A DNA stretch of 63,576 nt, the filler included, from Reticulomyxa filosa (Eukaryota; Protista; Foraminifera): assembly GCA_000512085.1 (NCBI GenBank). It is 22 parts of 22 records of this genome, joined end to end, with 100 filler letters (N's around TTAATTAATTAA, not from the genome) between each part and the next. Parts side by side here need not be neighbours in the genome. Positions count along the whole stretch, not along the records: positions 48,373 to 54,936 come from ASPP01039857.1; positions 55,037 to 57,778 come from ASPP01006425.1; positions 57,879 to 58,996 come from ASPP01001469.1; positions 59,097 to 60,582 come from ASPP01007822.1; positions 60,683 to 61,726 come from ASPP01017498.1; positions 61,827 to 63,576 come from ASPP01022795.1; 16 more parts are not named here. One strand, 5' to 3'. The notes beneath the pieces are model-generated. The model worked only from the letters and a program-made list of their open reading frames with translations. It was not told the DNA's origin and searched no databases. The position numbers were made by a program, and so were the translations under genes. Shown here one piece after another: positions 53,061 through 63,576 of the stretch; the first letter of the stretch is position 1, and every line of letters starts with the position of its first letter.

Positions 53061-54457
53061 CAAATTAATTTGTACCACAATTTTAATTATCTATAAAATT
53101 ATGATAAATATCGGATGTACTTTGATATTTTATCGTACATCATTGTCAATTTCAGTCTCTTTTACAAGTCATTGGAAAATATTACTAAAAAAAAAGTAAA
53201 CTTGTTGTGCAAGGCGAGGCAACAATATTTTATCTTGAGCAAGTTGTTAACTGTTTTCATATGTAATATATGTACAATTGAACAAGTGATTAGCACATGC
53301 ATATCTTTTTTTTATTTCCAAAAAGTAGTTGTAATTTCTTTGTTATCATGGTTAATACTGATTTAGTTCAAAACAAAAAAAAATTTTCTGGCAGTAGCAG
53401 TGAATACGGACAAAAAAAATACTAATTAATATAATGATCGCTCTTCGAAGCAAGTTTTACTTAATGTAATAAAACAATAATCAAAAATATTAAGTCTTTT
53501 TTGCCAAATTTAAAAAAACAATCTTTAATTCGATTTTCTTTTAGTGTTAATTGTCTTTTGTAAAATAATAAAATAAAATTATAAACAACAAATTTTTGCT
53601 CATTACGTTTTATCTCAAAATCTAACAGTATGCTAAATGAAACGTTCATAAGATGAAATTTTAAAAAAATGTTCAACAACACAATGAACGGAACGACATG
53701 AGAAAATTAGTTGGACCGAAGATAAAAATTTTAAAAAATTTTAATAAAGGTAATACAAAGCTAAACGAAAATTAACTTTATTATTTTTAACAAAAAAATA
53801 AACAAATAGATCAGTATATTATTGAAAAACTATTAAAAGAAATATCAATGAGAACAATGAAAAGAAAAGTTAAAGATAAAAGTGGTACAAATACGAAAAA
53901 TATTTATCAGGCAACATAATGTGCGAAAATACGAAGAAACTACAAAAATATTTTTAAAAGCTAGTTTGACTATCAATGATCTTATGTAATTTATGGAATA
54001 AGACATCGATTTATAAATATAAAAAAACACATTATCATTTTCAAAGGCAACCAAACAATAATTTAAAATAATATTAAAACACAAATTTTTTTGTAAAAAT
54101 AAAAATGAATTTCTTTGACTTTAAATGTAGCATTCTCATGAAAGGTCTTTGCACGATGATATAATAGTGTAAATTCTTTTGATAAAAATGATAATGTTTT
54201 GATATTTGAAAAGTGTGTATATGTATAGTATATAATCTGCAATTTGTACTTTTTTTTCCATTTGAATGTGTATATGTAAAAAAACCAGTTTTTTCCTTTT
54301 TAAGAAAAGTGTTAAATGGAGATTTCCAAACACAATTCACTAAAACCACAATATTAACAATAATAAAAAAGATTGTATTGTTGAACAATAAAATTAAAAA
54401 AAAGATTCAACAAACAATTTTTATAGAAAATTTTTAAAATTTAAATTTTTTGCTACT

Positions 54458-54936
54458 TTATGTTTTTGCAACAAATGGCAAACAATTTTGAACAGTATTT
54501 ATTTTTGCATGTTTAATTGCTGTTCGTTCTTTGTATTTTTCAGAAAGAAAAATAAAAAATAAATTAACATTGTGATTGCAACAACGTTCTTCCAAAAATG
54601 TTTTATTTATTTTTTTGTAATTTTGTTCGTTGTTATTTTGAAATTTCCATTGTTCAAATTCAAAGATTAATTCAATTGCTTTATTGATATCTCCTTCACA
54701 CTCATATTTAATTGCAACATAAATAAGATTAAAATCAGTTTCATTATTCCACATTGCACTTATTTGCATAGTTTGTTGGATATACTGATCATATTCAACC
54801 CATGTCAATAATATCGTTTGTGTGTATTCATCTTCACTCTCTACTTTTGCATTCCATGCATATTGTTCTTTATGTGTTTTCTCATCTCTATAACTACTTA
54901 TGAAAGATCTTGCAAACAAAATTTCACGTTCATGTT
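54458..54936 (-). CDS. 3' part of an unidentified lineage-specific protein
   Basis: 153-aa open frame running to the contig edge, with protein-like composition. No family recognised. Confidence 0.5.
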
Positions 54937-55089
54937 NNNNNNNNNNNNNNNNNNNNNNNNNNNNNNNNNNNNNNNNNNNNTTAATTAATTAANNNNNNNN
55001 NNNNNNNNNNNNNNNNNNNNNNNNNNNNNNNNNNNNATACAATACATTACATATAAATATATATAAATATATATAAATATATATTTATA

Positions 55090-55657
55090 TATATATTTAT
55101 AATTTAAAACAAAACTGCTTTTTATTTGGAGGCAATCCTTGCAAAGGATTATCCAATTTCCTTTTTTGTGGGATGGATTGATCGTCAGATGAACGATACT
55201 TATCATTGCAATAACAGACAGTGATGTAATATTGATCCAACAACCATTCCCAACATCGTCGAAAGTGTTGAATCAATCGCTGATGATAGGCGGTATAGTC
55301 TTCCTTTTGTATCGCCTCTTGGTAGATCATGACCATGGAGCGGATCCATTCGCCATAAGTTTGCTCGTATTTTTGTTGCTGCGCTTGCTTTGTAGGCGCG
55401 CGTTCTTGCGGCGTGAGAGCATGGCGAGACGTCCCTGCGACGCCGTCATTGTTCATATCCTCCTTTTTGTCAATGTTCATTCGATCGTTGTCATCACTGT
55501 TTTTAAATAATAAAACAAATGATTCGTTTTTGGATATATTCCCAATTGTGTGAGATATTTGTTGTGCAAATAAATCATATATTGATTGCATTGTTACACG
55601 ACCATGTTGAATTATCAATTCCACCAATACATGACATTCTTAATTATTGTTTATATT

Positions 55658-55703
<46 letters not shown>

Positions 55704-56480
55704 GTATATGTGTGTGTGTGTGTATTATTATATTAATTATTTACAAATTGTCATTTGAATTTTATTTTGACAAATTTTTTTTTTTTTTTTTTTTTGGGAT
55801 GAAATGCAAAGTAAAAACACCTTCCAGTGATTCTTCAATACTTTGGACTGCACTGACTTCACTTTTCATTGCGCCTGCTTTTTTTATTTGCTTTTCTTGG
55901 ATCAAGTTAATGAAGTGAACGCCGAGAAACAACATTTCTGCTGCGTCAATGTCACATTGGTATTGAATCAATGCCTCTTTGGGATTATTCAAGTTCAATG
56001 GCTTGCCTGAAATTAATTGCTCGTCCCTTTGTCCTGTTATTTGCTTCATAAAGTCCACTCCCTCTTCTCCTTCCTTTTGCTCAAATACTTTTTTTTTTTT
56101 TTTGATGTCGGTACTGGGATTCCATATTCAGTAATTAAATGATGTTGGATCAATGTTTCGAGTGTTTTCTTGGCCTTTTTTTTTTTTTTTCCCCCATTGT
56201 TTATGTTCCCTTGTTTGTTTTGTTTTTTTTTTTTTTTGTTACTTGTTGCTGCACTTAAACTGTTTCTTTTTCTGGGAACTTGGACAAAATGTCTTGTAAT
56301 GATAATGGACCTTGTGTAGCCAGCAATTTAAACATTTTTCTTTTTTTTTTTTGTTAAGAAATTTTTTTGGAAATTTCTTTCTTTGATCAGTATTTTTATT
56401 TCGGAAAACCCAACTTGTGGCGCTTCGCCAAAATAATCAAAAACGATTTTCTCACAGATTCTTATTCGTGCTTGCTCCAT
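55090..56480 (-). CDS. POLR3C: RNA polymerase III subunit RPC3 (RPC62/C82), multi-exon, 3' partial, with 1-nt frameshifts
   Basis: MEQARIRICEKIVFDY(F)GEAPQ (cf. MTQAEIKLCSLLLQEHFGEIVE). KKTLETLIQHHLI (cf. KKALCVLVQHNLV). IQYQCDID. VELIIQHGRVTMQSI (cf. VEELLLNGKLTMSAV). Confidence 0.75.
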
Positions 56481-56741
56481 GTCTACAAATGTGACAATGA
56501 ATTTTTTGAATCCTTATACACCGACTTGAGGTACTCCCTTTGGAGTGTAAGTGTACACGACCAATGTTTGTCTAGGTTTGAAAATGAGAAAAGCAATTGG
56601 CAAATTACACATTTTACTTTTGCAAAGAAGTGGAAGTTCTACGACTGCAATAATCCCAATTGTTTGGGCTTTGGGTAGAAGCGGGAACAACGTATTAAAA
56701 AAAGTTGAAGTTTGTAGGGGAATGCCGAAATAAAAAACATA

Positions 56742-57700
56742 ATGCCGGTAGATACATCAACAGTAGCGACCTTGATTGCACAGGCGGATGGGACAAACCC
56801 CGATGTAGATTTACGACAGCATGCGACACATACCCTCGACCAGATTAAGTTTGAGACTGGTTATGCGACAGGTGTGCGAACTCTTTAGTTTTATCTGGCC
56901 CAATTGACTTTTTTTTTTTTTTTCTTTGTCCTCCCCTGCCCTTTGTCCCTTTTTTTTTTAAAAAAAAAAAAAGCGTTATTATCAATTTGGCAATCGGACA
57001 AGCCTCGAGACCTAAGATGTATCGCAGCAGTGAAATTCAAAAATGATTGCGAAGCAATATGGTCATTTTCCCAATTGAGAAGCAGCGAAAACGTGAAAGA
57101 GAGAAAGGAAGAGAAGACACAATGCAAAGCGATATTACTAAAGAACTTTCAAAAAGAGAGCGACGAGATGGTGTTACGGCAGATCGCGCAGTGCATGAGT
57201 AAGCTGGCGCGAATGGAGATGCGACGAAGTGTAGGAGGCAACCGCGCACCTCTTCGGAACAGCAGAAGCGAATCGGAACAAGAAGAAAAGGGCGGGAACA
57301 CGACATTATATTCAGCTCAGCATCAGCAAGGAACAAAATAGAAGACGAAGGAGGATGGCCCGAACTGTTTCCCTATTTAACCGAGTGTTTGAAACAAGCC
57401 TCGAGTAAGCTGTGCGGAATCGAAATGTACAAAACGCTATTGGTGTTGAATGACATTTGCGACGACATTAACAGCGCGAGAATGTTGGTCTTTGTGGACT
57501 TTTTCAATTATTTGAGCAAGAACATGCTGCCCATTTTGTGTCCACTGTGGGACCAACTGTTCCAAGCGCTGTTCGCCAAAATTGGCAAGTGCTCGGTACA
57601 AGAGTTGCAAATGATTTTCAAAATGTGTGAATTCACGAGCAATTCCATCCAAATCATTATGAGCAAAAGTCATCCCATTTCTTTTGTGAAAGATTCCATT
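56742..57700 (+). CDS. Importin-beta family karyopherin, importin-11/Kap120-like, N-terminal part
   Basis: NPDVDLRQHATHTLDQI|..., DLRCIAAVKFKN...W (IBN_N), ESDEMVLRQIAQCMSKLARME and WPELFPYL. Confidence 0.7.
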
Positions 57701-57878
57701 GTTAAGAAATTTTTTGTTTTTTTTTTTAATAATTAAAAAAAAAAAAAAAAAAAGGGGAAATTTTTTTTTTTTTTTTTTNNNNNNNNNNNNNNNNNNNNNN
57801 NNNNNNNNNNNNNNNNNNNNNNTTAATTAATTAANNNNNNNNNNNNNNNNNNNNNNNNNNNNNNNNNNNNNNNNNNNN

Positions 57879-58996
57879 TTCAATGTTTCTTCATATTGTT
57901 GTACTGTCCAATCCAAATTATCGTTCACCTTATTTTTTTTATTCATTTTCACAAATTTTTCAATGTACCCTTTCATTTGTGTCCTTGAAAAAGGCCACAG
58001 ATATATCATTGGCGTTACTGTGTTATTTGGGTCGATTAAAATATGTTTAATATCTTCATCGTTTAATACATGGCTTCGACAACTAACAACTACCTTTGCG
58101 TTCCATTCACTTAAATTAAATCTGTCATAAAAATATCTTTCGTTATTGCCATTTTTATTATATTTATCAAATATTTCATCAAATCCATCCAAAATAAACA
58201 CAAATGACATATTTTCACGAATAACATCCATTAAGTCTTTATTGATTTGTTTCATTTGCAAAGCTTGAGAAATAATTTGTTTTTCATTTAATTCATTATA
58301 ACATTTTGGTAATGAAATATAAACAGGAATCGATGTTGTATAATTATTTACATATGACTCCCACAATGTTTCTTCTAAGTGACGACAGAATAAACTTTTT
58401 CCTGATCCTGATTTACCTTGCAATGTTATCACTTGTTCAGTTTTTTTTTCATCTCCATTTTTTTCTATTAGCAAATCAAGTACGTGCTGATGACAGTCAT
58501 AAATATCATTACTGGTATTATCAGCATTATCCGTATAAGGATAATTATTTGCCTGTAATGGGATATACATTTCAAGGGCTTGTAACATAGTTGAATCTTC
58601 TTCTAATTCTTGTTTTCTTGATTCTTTCAATATAAATGCGACATCTGCACAGCTTGCTGGAATTGTGTCACCTACAATACGCTTTTTGAAATACTCAAAT
58701 AAAATCACATAAATAGCCTTTCCTTTATTTTGTATTGGATTGAATTTACAAAGTTGGTCATAAACAAATTTAGTTAATTTTAATGAAATATCATTTTTGG
58801 CGAGGACTTGTTCTTCACTCAATCCCTTTAATTGTGGAGGTTTCAATATCCGAATTTCTGAATGTGGTTTATATCGATTTGCAATTTTTTTGATTTCTTT
58901 GTCGTCAATCCATTCACAAATTATATCATTGATTTTAGTCAATGTTTCATCACTTGCTTGTTTTAATTCCTCTTCCATTTGATTATTAGGTTTCCA
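57879..58996 (-). CDS. NACHT-type STAND NTPase, internal fragment
   Basis: Walker A ITLQGKSGSGKS, IPVYISL, Walker B FVFILDGFDEI, VVVSCR and LWPFS...YI. Intronless, open at both contig ends. Confidence 0.85.
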
Positions 58997-59096
58997 NNNN
59001 NNNNNNNNNNNNNNNNNNNNNNNNNNNNNNNNNNNNNNNNTTAATTAATTAANNNNNNNNNNNNNNNNNNNNNNNNNNNNNNNNNNNNNNNNNNNN

Positions 59097-59276
59097 CTCG
59101 TAATACTCCAGATAACGCAGGCCGCCGTGGATCAGCTTGGTACTGGCCGACGAGGTATGCGCCGCCAGGTCGTCCTTCTCGCACAGCAGCACGCGCAGCC
59201 CGCGCCCTGCCGCATCGCGGGCAATGCCCGCGCCGTTGATGCCGCCACCGATCACCAGCAAGTCGTACTGTTCCAC
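59097..59276 (-). CDS. glpD: Aerobic glycerol-3-phosphate dehydrogenase, N-terminal fragment (bacterial)
   Basis: GTG start with [32 protein letters not shown]...[17 protein letters not shown]. Confidence 0.95.
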
Positions 59277-59354
59277 CGTTCTGTCCTTTGCGTCACGTTG
59301 GCCGCATGCGGCCGCCTGATTGATTTCAGTGTAGAAGATAGTGAAACTGCGACA

Positions 59355-59420
59355 ACAAAGCAACATAAAACGAACATTAAATGTTTGAAAAATGTTTGAT
59401 GTGTGATTTGAACGAACATG
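59355..59420 (-). promoter_or_regulatory. AT-rich glpD upstream region with GlpR-operator-like ATGTTCG/CGAACAT sites
   Basis: AACGAACAT occurs twice and CGAACATT-A-AATGTTTG is an imperfect inverted repeat. Resembles E. coli GlpR half-sites. Confidence 0.5.
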
Positions 59421-59532
59421 CCGTCTGACAGGGCATGCAAGCGGCTGCGTTGCACGCCGACTACGGGGCCCGATCGGCGATCCGTGTCGTGCTGTAGGCT
59501 GGTGTGGCAGGGGCGTGGCCAGACACAGGCGT

Positions 59533-59564
59533 AAAAAAGCCGCTCCCCGTTGCGGGTGAGCGGC
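59533..59564 (-). terminator. Rho-independent terminator downstream of glpF
   Basis: Minus strand GCCGCTCACCCG-CAA-CGGGGAGCGGC followed by TTTTTT. Confidence 0.85.
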
Positions 59565-59589
59565 GTGCAGATGGCGCCTGGGTAGGCGA

Positions 59590-60294
59590 TCAGGCGATGC
59601 CGTGCGCCACAGCGGCCAGCGTAGCGCCCAGCAGCGAGCCCACTACCGGTACCCAGCTGTAGGACCAGTCGCTGTCGCGCTTGCCCTTGATCGGCAGCAG
59701 CGCGTGCATGATGCGTGGCGCCAGGTCGCGGGCCGGGCTCATCGCGTAGCCGGTGGTGCCGCCCAGCGACACGCCGATACCCAGCACCAGCAACGCTACC
59801 GGCAGCGCGTCCATCGCGCCCAGCGAAATCTTGGGCGACACCATGCTGAGGATGGCAAACACCAGTACGAAGGTGGCCAGCACTTCCGACAGCAGGTTGC
59901 CGGCGGTGCTGCGGATGGCCGGGCCGGTGCAGAACACCGCCAGCTTGGTGTCGGCGCAGTCGGTGTGGTCGAAGTGGTCGCGGTATACCAGCCACATCAG
60001 CAACGCGCCGGCCATGCCGCCCAGCATCTGCGCCAGGATGTAGCCCGGGGCGTCGGCCCAGGCAAACTTGCCGGCTACCGCCAGCGCCACGGTCACCGCC
60101 GGGTTCAGGTGGGCGCCGCTGATGGCGGCCACGCTGAACACGCCGACAAACACCGCCATCGCCCAGCCGAAGGCGATGACGATCAGGCCGCTGTTGTGGC
60201 CCTTGGTGTTCTTGAGGATGACGTTGGCGACCACGCCGTTGCCCAGCAACACCAGCAGGGCGGTACCGATGAATTCACCGAATAAGGGGTTCAT
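59590..60294 (-). CDS. glpF: Glycerol uptake facilitator (MIP aquaglyceroporin), bacterial
   Basis: [24 protein letters not shown] and [16 protein letters not shown] at 60294 with AAGGA RBS. Lies between glpK and glpD. Confidence 0.93.
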   Translation of the reverse strand: MNPLFGEFIGTALLVLLGNGVVANVILKNTKGHNSGLIVIAFGWAMAVFVGVFSVAAISGAHLNPAVTVALAVAGKFAWADAPGYILAQMLGGMAGALLMWLVYRDHFDHTDCADTKLAVFCTGPAIRSTAGNLLSEVLATFVLVFAILSMVSPKISLGAMDALPVALLVLGIGVSLGGTTGYAMSPARDLAPRIMHALLPIKGKRDSDWSYSWVPVVGSLLGATLAAVAHGIA

Positions 60295-60374
60295 GACTCG
60301 TTCCTTGCAAAAAAAGGGGACCTCCCGCGCCACCATGCAAGCGGGCGCGGGGCAGGTCGGTATAAAGAGAGCGC

Positions 60375-60397
60375 GCGGCCAACTTCAGGTTGGCCGC
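60375..60397. repeat. Intergenic 9-bp hairpin between glpK and glpF
   Basis: GCGGCCAAC-TTCAG-GTTGGCCGC, a perfect inverted repeat. Confidence 0.6.
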
Positions 60398-60415
60398 AAA
60401 CAGGCTGGCTGGCGC

Positions 60416-60582
60416 TTACTGTTGGTCGCCGGCCCAGGCAATAGCGGCGCGGGTGGCGCGGTGCCAGCCGGCCACGTAGCGGGCTACGGCGCGGGGCTTT
60501 GCTGCGGGGCAAAGCGCGTATCCAGCTGCCATTGGCCCTGGATGTCGTCGGTGCTCTGCCAGTAGCCGACGGCCAGGCCAGC
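60416..60582 (-). CDS. glpK: Glycerol kinase C-terminal fragment (bacterial); 1-nt deletion at about 60490; absent from the ORF track
   Basis: [26 protein letters not shown], then after the shift [24 protein letters not shown]. Confidence 0.88.
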
Positions 60583-60684
60583 NNNNNNNNNNNNNNNNNN
60601 NNNNNNNNNNNNNNNNNNNNNNNNNNTTAATTAATTAANNNNNNNNNNNNNNNNNNNNNNNNNNNNNNNNNNNNNNNNNNNNTT

Positions 60685-60719
<35 letters not shown>

Positions 60720-60879
60720 TGAGAGAAAGAGGGGGAAAAAAAGAGTTGTATCAATTTATTGACATTGGTGCCGTATACGACATGTGCATCATATGTACAC
60801 GTACGTATACACACATATATATATGTATATATATACATATACATGTATATGTAAATGTGTTGTAATAAAATATGTGCCG

Positions 60880-61154
60880 ACCTCATTGGTGTATCCATTG
60901 CGACCGTGAATCCTTGCAATATCGATTGTCAAACCCAGCCCCCCTGGCGACTGTACGCGCAACGATCGTTTTGCTCTTTGATGCTTTGCGTGTGACCCTT
61001 CTTCTTGGTCGGAAGGGGATGAACATGAATCACTGTCACTCGAGTATGTTTCTTGTCCATCCTTTATCCCTTCTTCCGCTTTTGGTAATAACAGACTTAT
61101 CGGACACTCTTTCTCACTTTTTTCTATCGTTTGTGTTTCGCTTGTCGCTTGCAT
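60880..61154 (-). CDS. First exon of an unidentified gene (S/D/E-rich N-terminus)
   Basis: ATG-initiated frame ending at GAG|gtcggc, followed by a TA-microsatellite intron. Confidence 0.45.
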
Positions 61155-61826
61155 TTTCTAACCCAAGCCTTCGGGAAGACAAAAAATAAAATAAAATAGA
61201 ATTGGAAAAAAAAAAAAAAAAAAGATACTCAAAAGATTTTTTTTTCAAAAAGAGGACTTTTATTATTTAAAAGCGAAAGCAATAAAAATAATCAAAAACG
61301 ATTATTTTTAGTTCGCAAGGGGGAGGGGAAAATTTTTTAAAAGTACTTTTAAATTTAAGACGCATGTGTTACATTTCCGTTATGATACCCGGATCAAAGA
61401 CGTTGTGAATTTGACAAAATTCGGAAATTTGAAATCTGTTTCTTGACAGAGCATCGCATTTCCAATATATACATATATATGTATATATTTTTAAAATATA
61501 AGTAAGTCAAATTCGACTTTCTGTGGTGCAAGAAATGTTATTTAGTGACGCTTGCATTGAAATGAAATCTGAGCACACGGAATTTAGAATGAAGGAAGAA
61601 AAAAGTCATTGGGATGACAAAAAGAGGATTTAGTAATGATAGAATGAAGAGAGAAGGTATTTAATTATTGCGAGTTACAAGCTCTTTTTTTTTTTAATGG
61701 ATCAATGATCAAAAAAAAAAAAAAAANNNNNNNNNNNNNNNNNNNNNNNNNNNNNNNNNNNNNNNNNNNNTTAATTAATTAANNNNNNNNNNNNNNNNNN
61801 NNNNNNNNNNNNNNNNNNNNNNNNNN

Positions 61827-63057
61827 TTAAAAAGATTGATTTAATCTGCTGTATTTAAAAACAATGTTATTAAAATCATCGATCCATCCTAATTTTATCT
61901 TTAAAGTTCGAATCCAATGTTCAATAATACATTTTACTTCATTTTTTGACTGTCCATTATTTATTATTTATTATTATTGTCAATCAATACAAATTTGGTT
62001 CATCAAAACAAATAAATAAACAAATCATTACCAACTGTGAATGATCCCATACACGCACATTTGTCTTCATATGAGTTGATACTATTTTACCATTGCCATT
62101 TCTTCCTCCAATGATGTGTATATAATTATCTTCTTCACTCAATATTGCAACACAGTCATACAATGGACTGGGTAAAGCGTTTTTAAATGTCGTCCATTTA
62201 TTTTCTCGAATTGAATACTTGTGTACCGATTTTGAGACACTATCGCCACGTCCACCAAAGAACAAGATAACATCATTGATGCATATATATCCATAACTTA
62301 TGAATGGTACAATATCATCACAAACAGGTAGTTTCTGAAATTGAAAAGTGTTGTTATCTTCATAATATTCAATTGATAGTCCTGCATTGAAACAAAACAA
62401 CAGCATTTGATAATTTTGTCTATTTTTTTCTTCATTTGCTTTCATCATTTCTTGTCCTTGTCCATTTTCTGAAGTTGATACAAAGCAATGATAACTAATA
62501 TAATTATAATTAATTGGTAAATGAATATCTGTAATAAATTGAAATGTATTTAAATCAAACACACTAATATTATTATGTTTATAAGTGATAAATAACAAAT
62601 GATTGTTGCTTCCACCAATCACTGCACGCGCTCCTTCAAATTCACATTTATATGTTTCAATGATAATTGGATGATTGTGGTTGTCTGTGAATGGAATCCA
62701 TTGATTGTAGTTATTTAATTCGTTTGATTTATCTGATATATTACTCCAAACACTTACATATTTCATCACTGATGTATGTTTATATTTTCCACCATAAATA
62801 GAGCCAAAAGATAACAAAGTGATTTGATTGCTGTCTTTGTTGTTGTCTACCAGTTTTACTACACAGTGTCCATCTAATTTAACTATTTTTGGATACTCAC
62901 AGATAAACTTGTATTCGTTTTTGGTTATATGATAAGAATAACAAGCCCTTTCACCAGCACCACCACAAATGATGATTTCGTGTTTGTGTGACACACATTG
63001 AGATTGCTCAAGTCGAGTGGGCAGCTCCTTCAAAATTTGAAAGTCTTGATCGCTCAT
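61827..63057 (-). CDS. Kelch-repeat beta-propeller protein; exon 1 62032-63057, exon 2 61827-61949
   Basis: Kelch GG motifs (IIICGG, AVIGG, ILFFGG...HKYSIRENKW, IHIIGG). The intron TTG|gtaatg...gacag|TCA gives the tail SKNEVKCIIEHWIRTLKIKLGWIDDFNNIVFKYSRLNQSF*. Confidence 0.88.
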
Positions 63058-63576
63058 ATTGTCAATGTTGAAGAACTATGAAATAGTTTCAATTTTTTTA
63101 AAAAGGGGATGGACATAAAAAAAGCCATAAAGCAAAAAGAATCCAAAATTTTTTGGAGCGACTTGATTTTGTTTGTATTACATAATATCATGATTATGTC
63201 GACAAAATTATTTTCCAAATTGCAGAATGTATTTAATACTATAAAGAAGAAATTTGTTTATTTGTTAAATATTTTCTTGAGATAATATTTAGATATTTTT
63301 TGTTATCTTGCATCCTTTTTCTGAAAATAAATTAGATCAACTTAAAGTCATTTGTTTGAGCTCCAAAGGAAAAAATCTATTGGATGAGCTTTTTACAAAA
63401 AAGCATGTTGATACCTTTTTCATTTATCCAATTTTAACAAACTTTTCTTAAGTCTATCGTTGTACTATTTGAAAAGACTGAATATTTCAAGTTTTAAATA
63501 ATATTACGTGCAAGGTTGTTCGATTCTACACAAAAAACACAGTACTTGAAATATCTTGCAATTTATTTTGATATTT

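Noticed and set aside
59252-60565. Long alternative ORFs overlapping glpF (59252-59995, 59602-60285, 60068-60565)
   Set aside because: Shadow ORFs of high-GC coding DNA.
57879-60582. NACHT gene next to the bacterial glp operon as a defence island or HGT junction
   Set aside because: They are on separate contigs split by a linker and have very different GC content.
1206-61826. Recurring TTAATTAATTAA as a biological repeat or CRISPR-like array
   Set aside because: It is always centred in identical N-runs and gives stops in all six frames, so it is an assembly linker. ORFs ending in X...N or LIN are artefacts.
1-63576. tRNA, rRNA or CRISPR arrays
   Set aside because: None recognised by eye. 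tRNAscan-SE or Infernal would be needed to exclude them fully.

Overview
The window is not one locus. It is about 22 unrelated short contigs joined by an artificial 100-nt linker (N44-TTAATTAATTAA-N44, a stop in all six frames), so gene neighbourhood across linkers is meaningless. Most contigs come from an AT-rich eukaryote with short GT-AG introns, microsatellites, many pseudogenes and Kelch, WD40 and NACHT families. This profile closely resembles the foraminiferan Reticulomyxa filosa (inference). Recognisable genes are a SecA-like ATPase fused to a VWA domain, an RNF213/mysterin-like AAA+ fragment, C2CD3, TTC21B/IFT139, a 7TM receptor-like gene, an OGFOD2-like dioxygenase, a LysM-UBA-like protein, a GH27 alpha-galactosidase, PPAN/Ssf1, a disrupted annexin, POLR3C/RPC3, an importin-11-like protein, a NACHT NTPase and a Kelch protein. 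There are also LINE and Tc1 relics. One contig (59097-60582) is GC-rich bacterial DNA (glpK-glpF-glpD). The best novelty candidates are three. (1) A ~35-aa I-x2-W-x3-L-x4-GWI-x2-F-x3-V-x2-Y module sits on its own exon at the C-terminus of the Kelch protein and at the N-terminus of a WD40 gene; it is a candidate lineage-specific E3-adaptor box. (2) An ankyrin protein carries a hidden CE-clan-like His/Asp/Gln/Cys peptidase signature. (3) The eukaryotic SecA-like ATPase-VWA fusion. All homology calls come from motif recognition by eye, not database searches.
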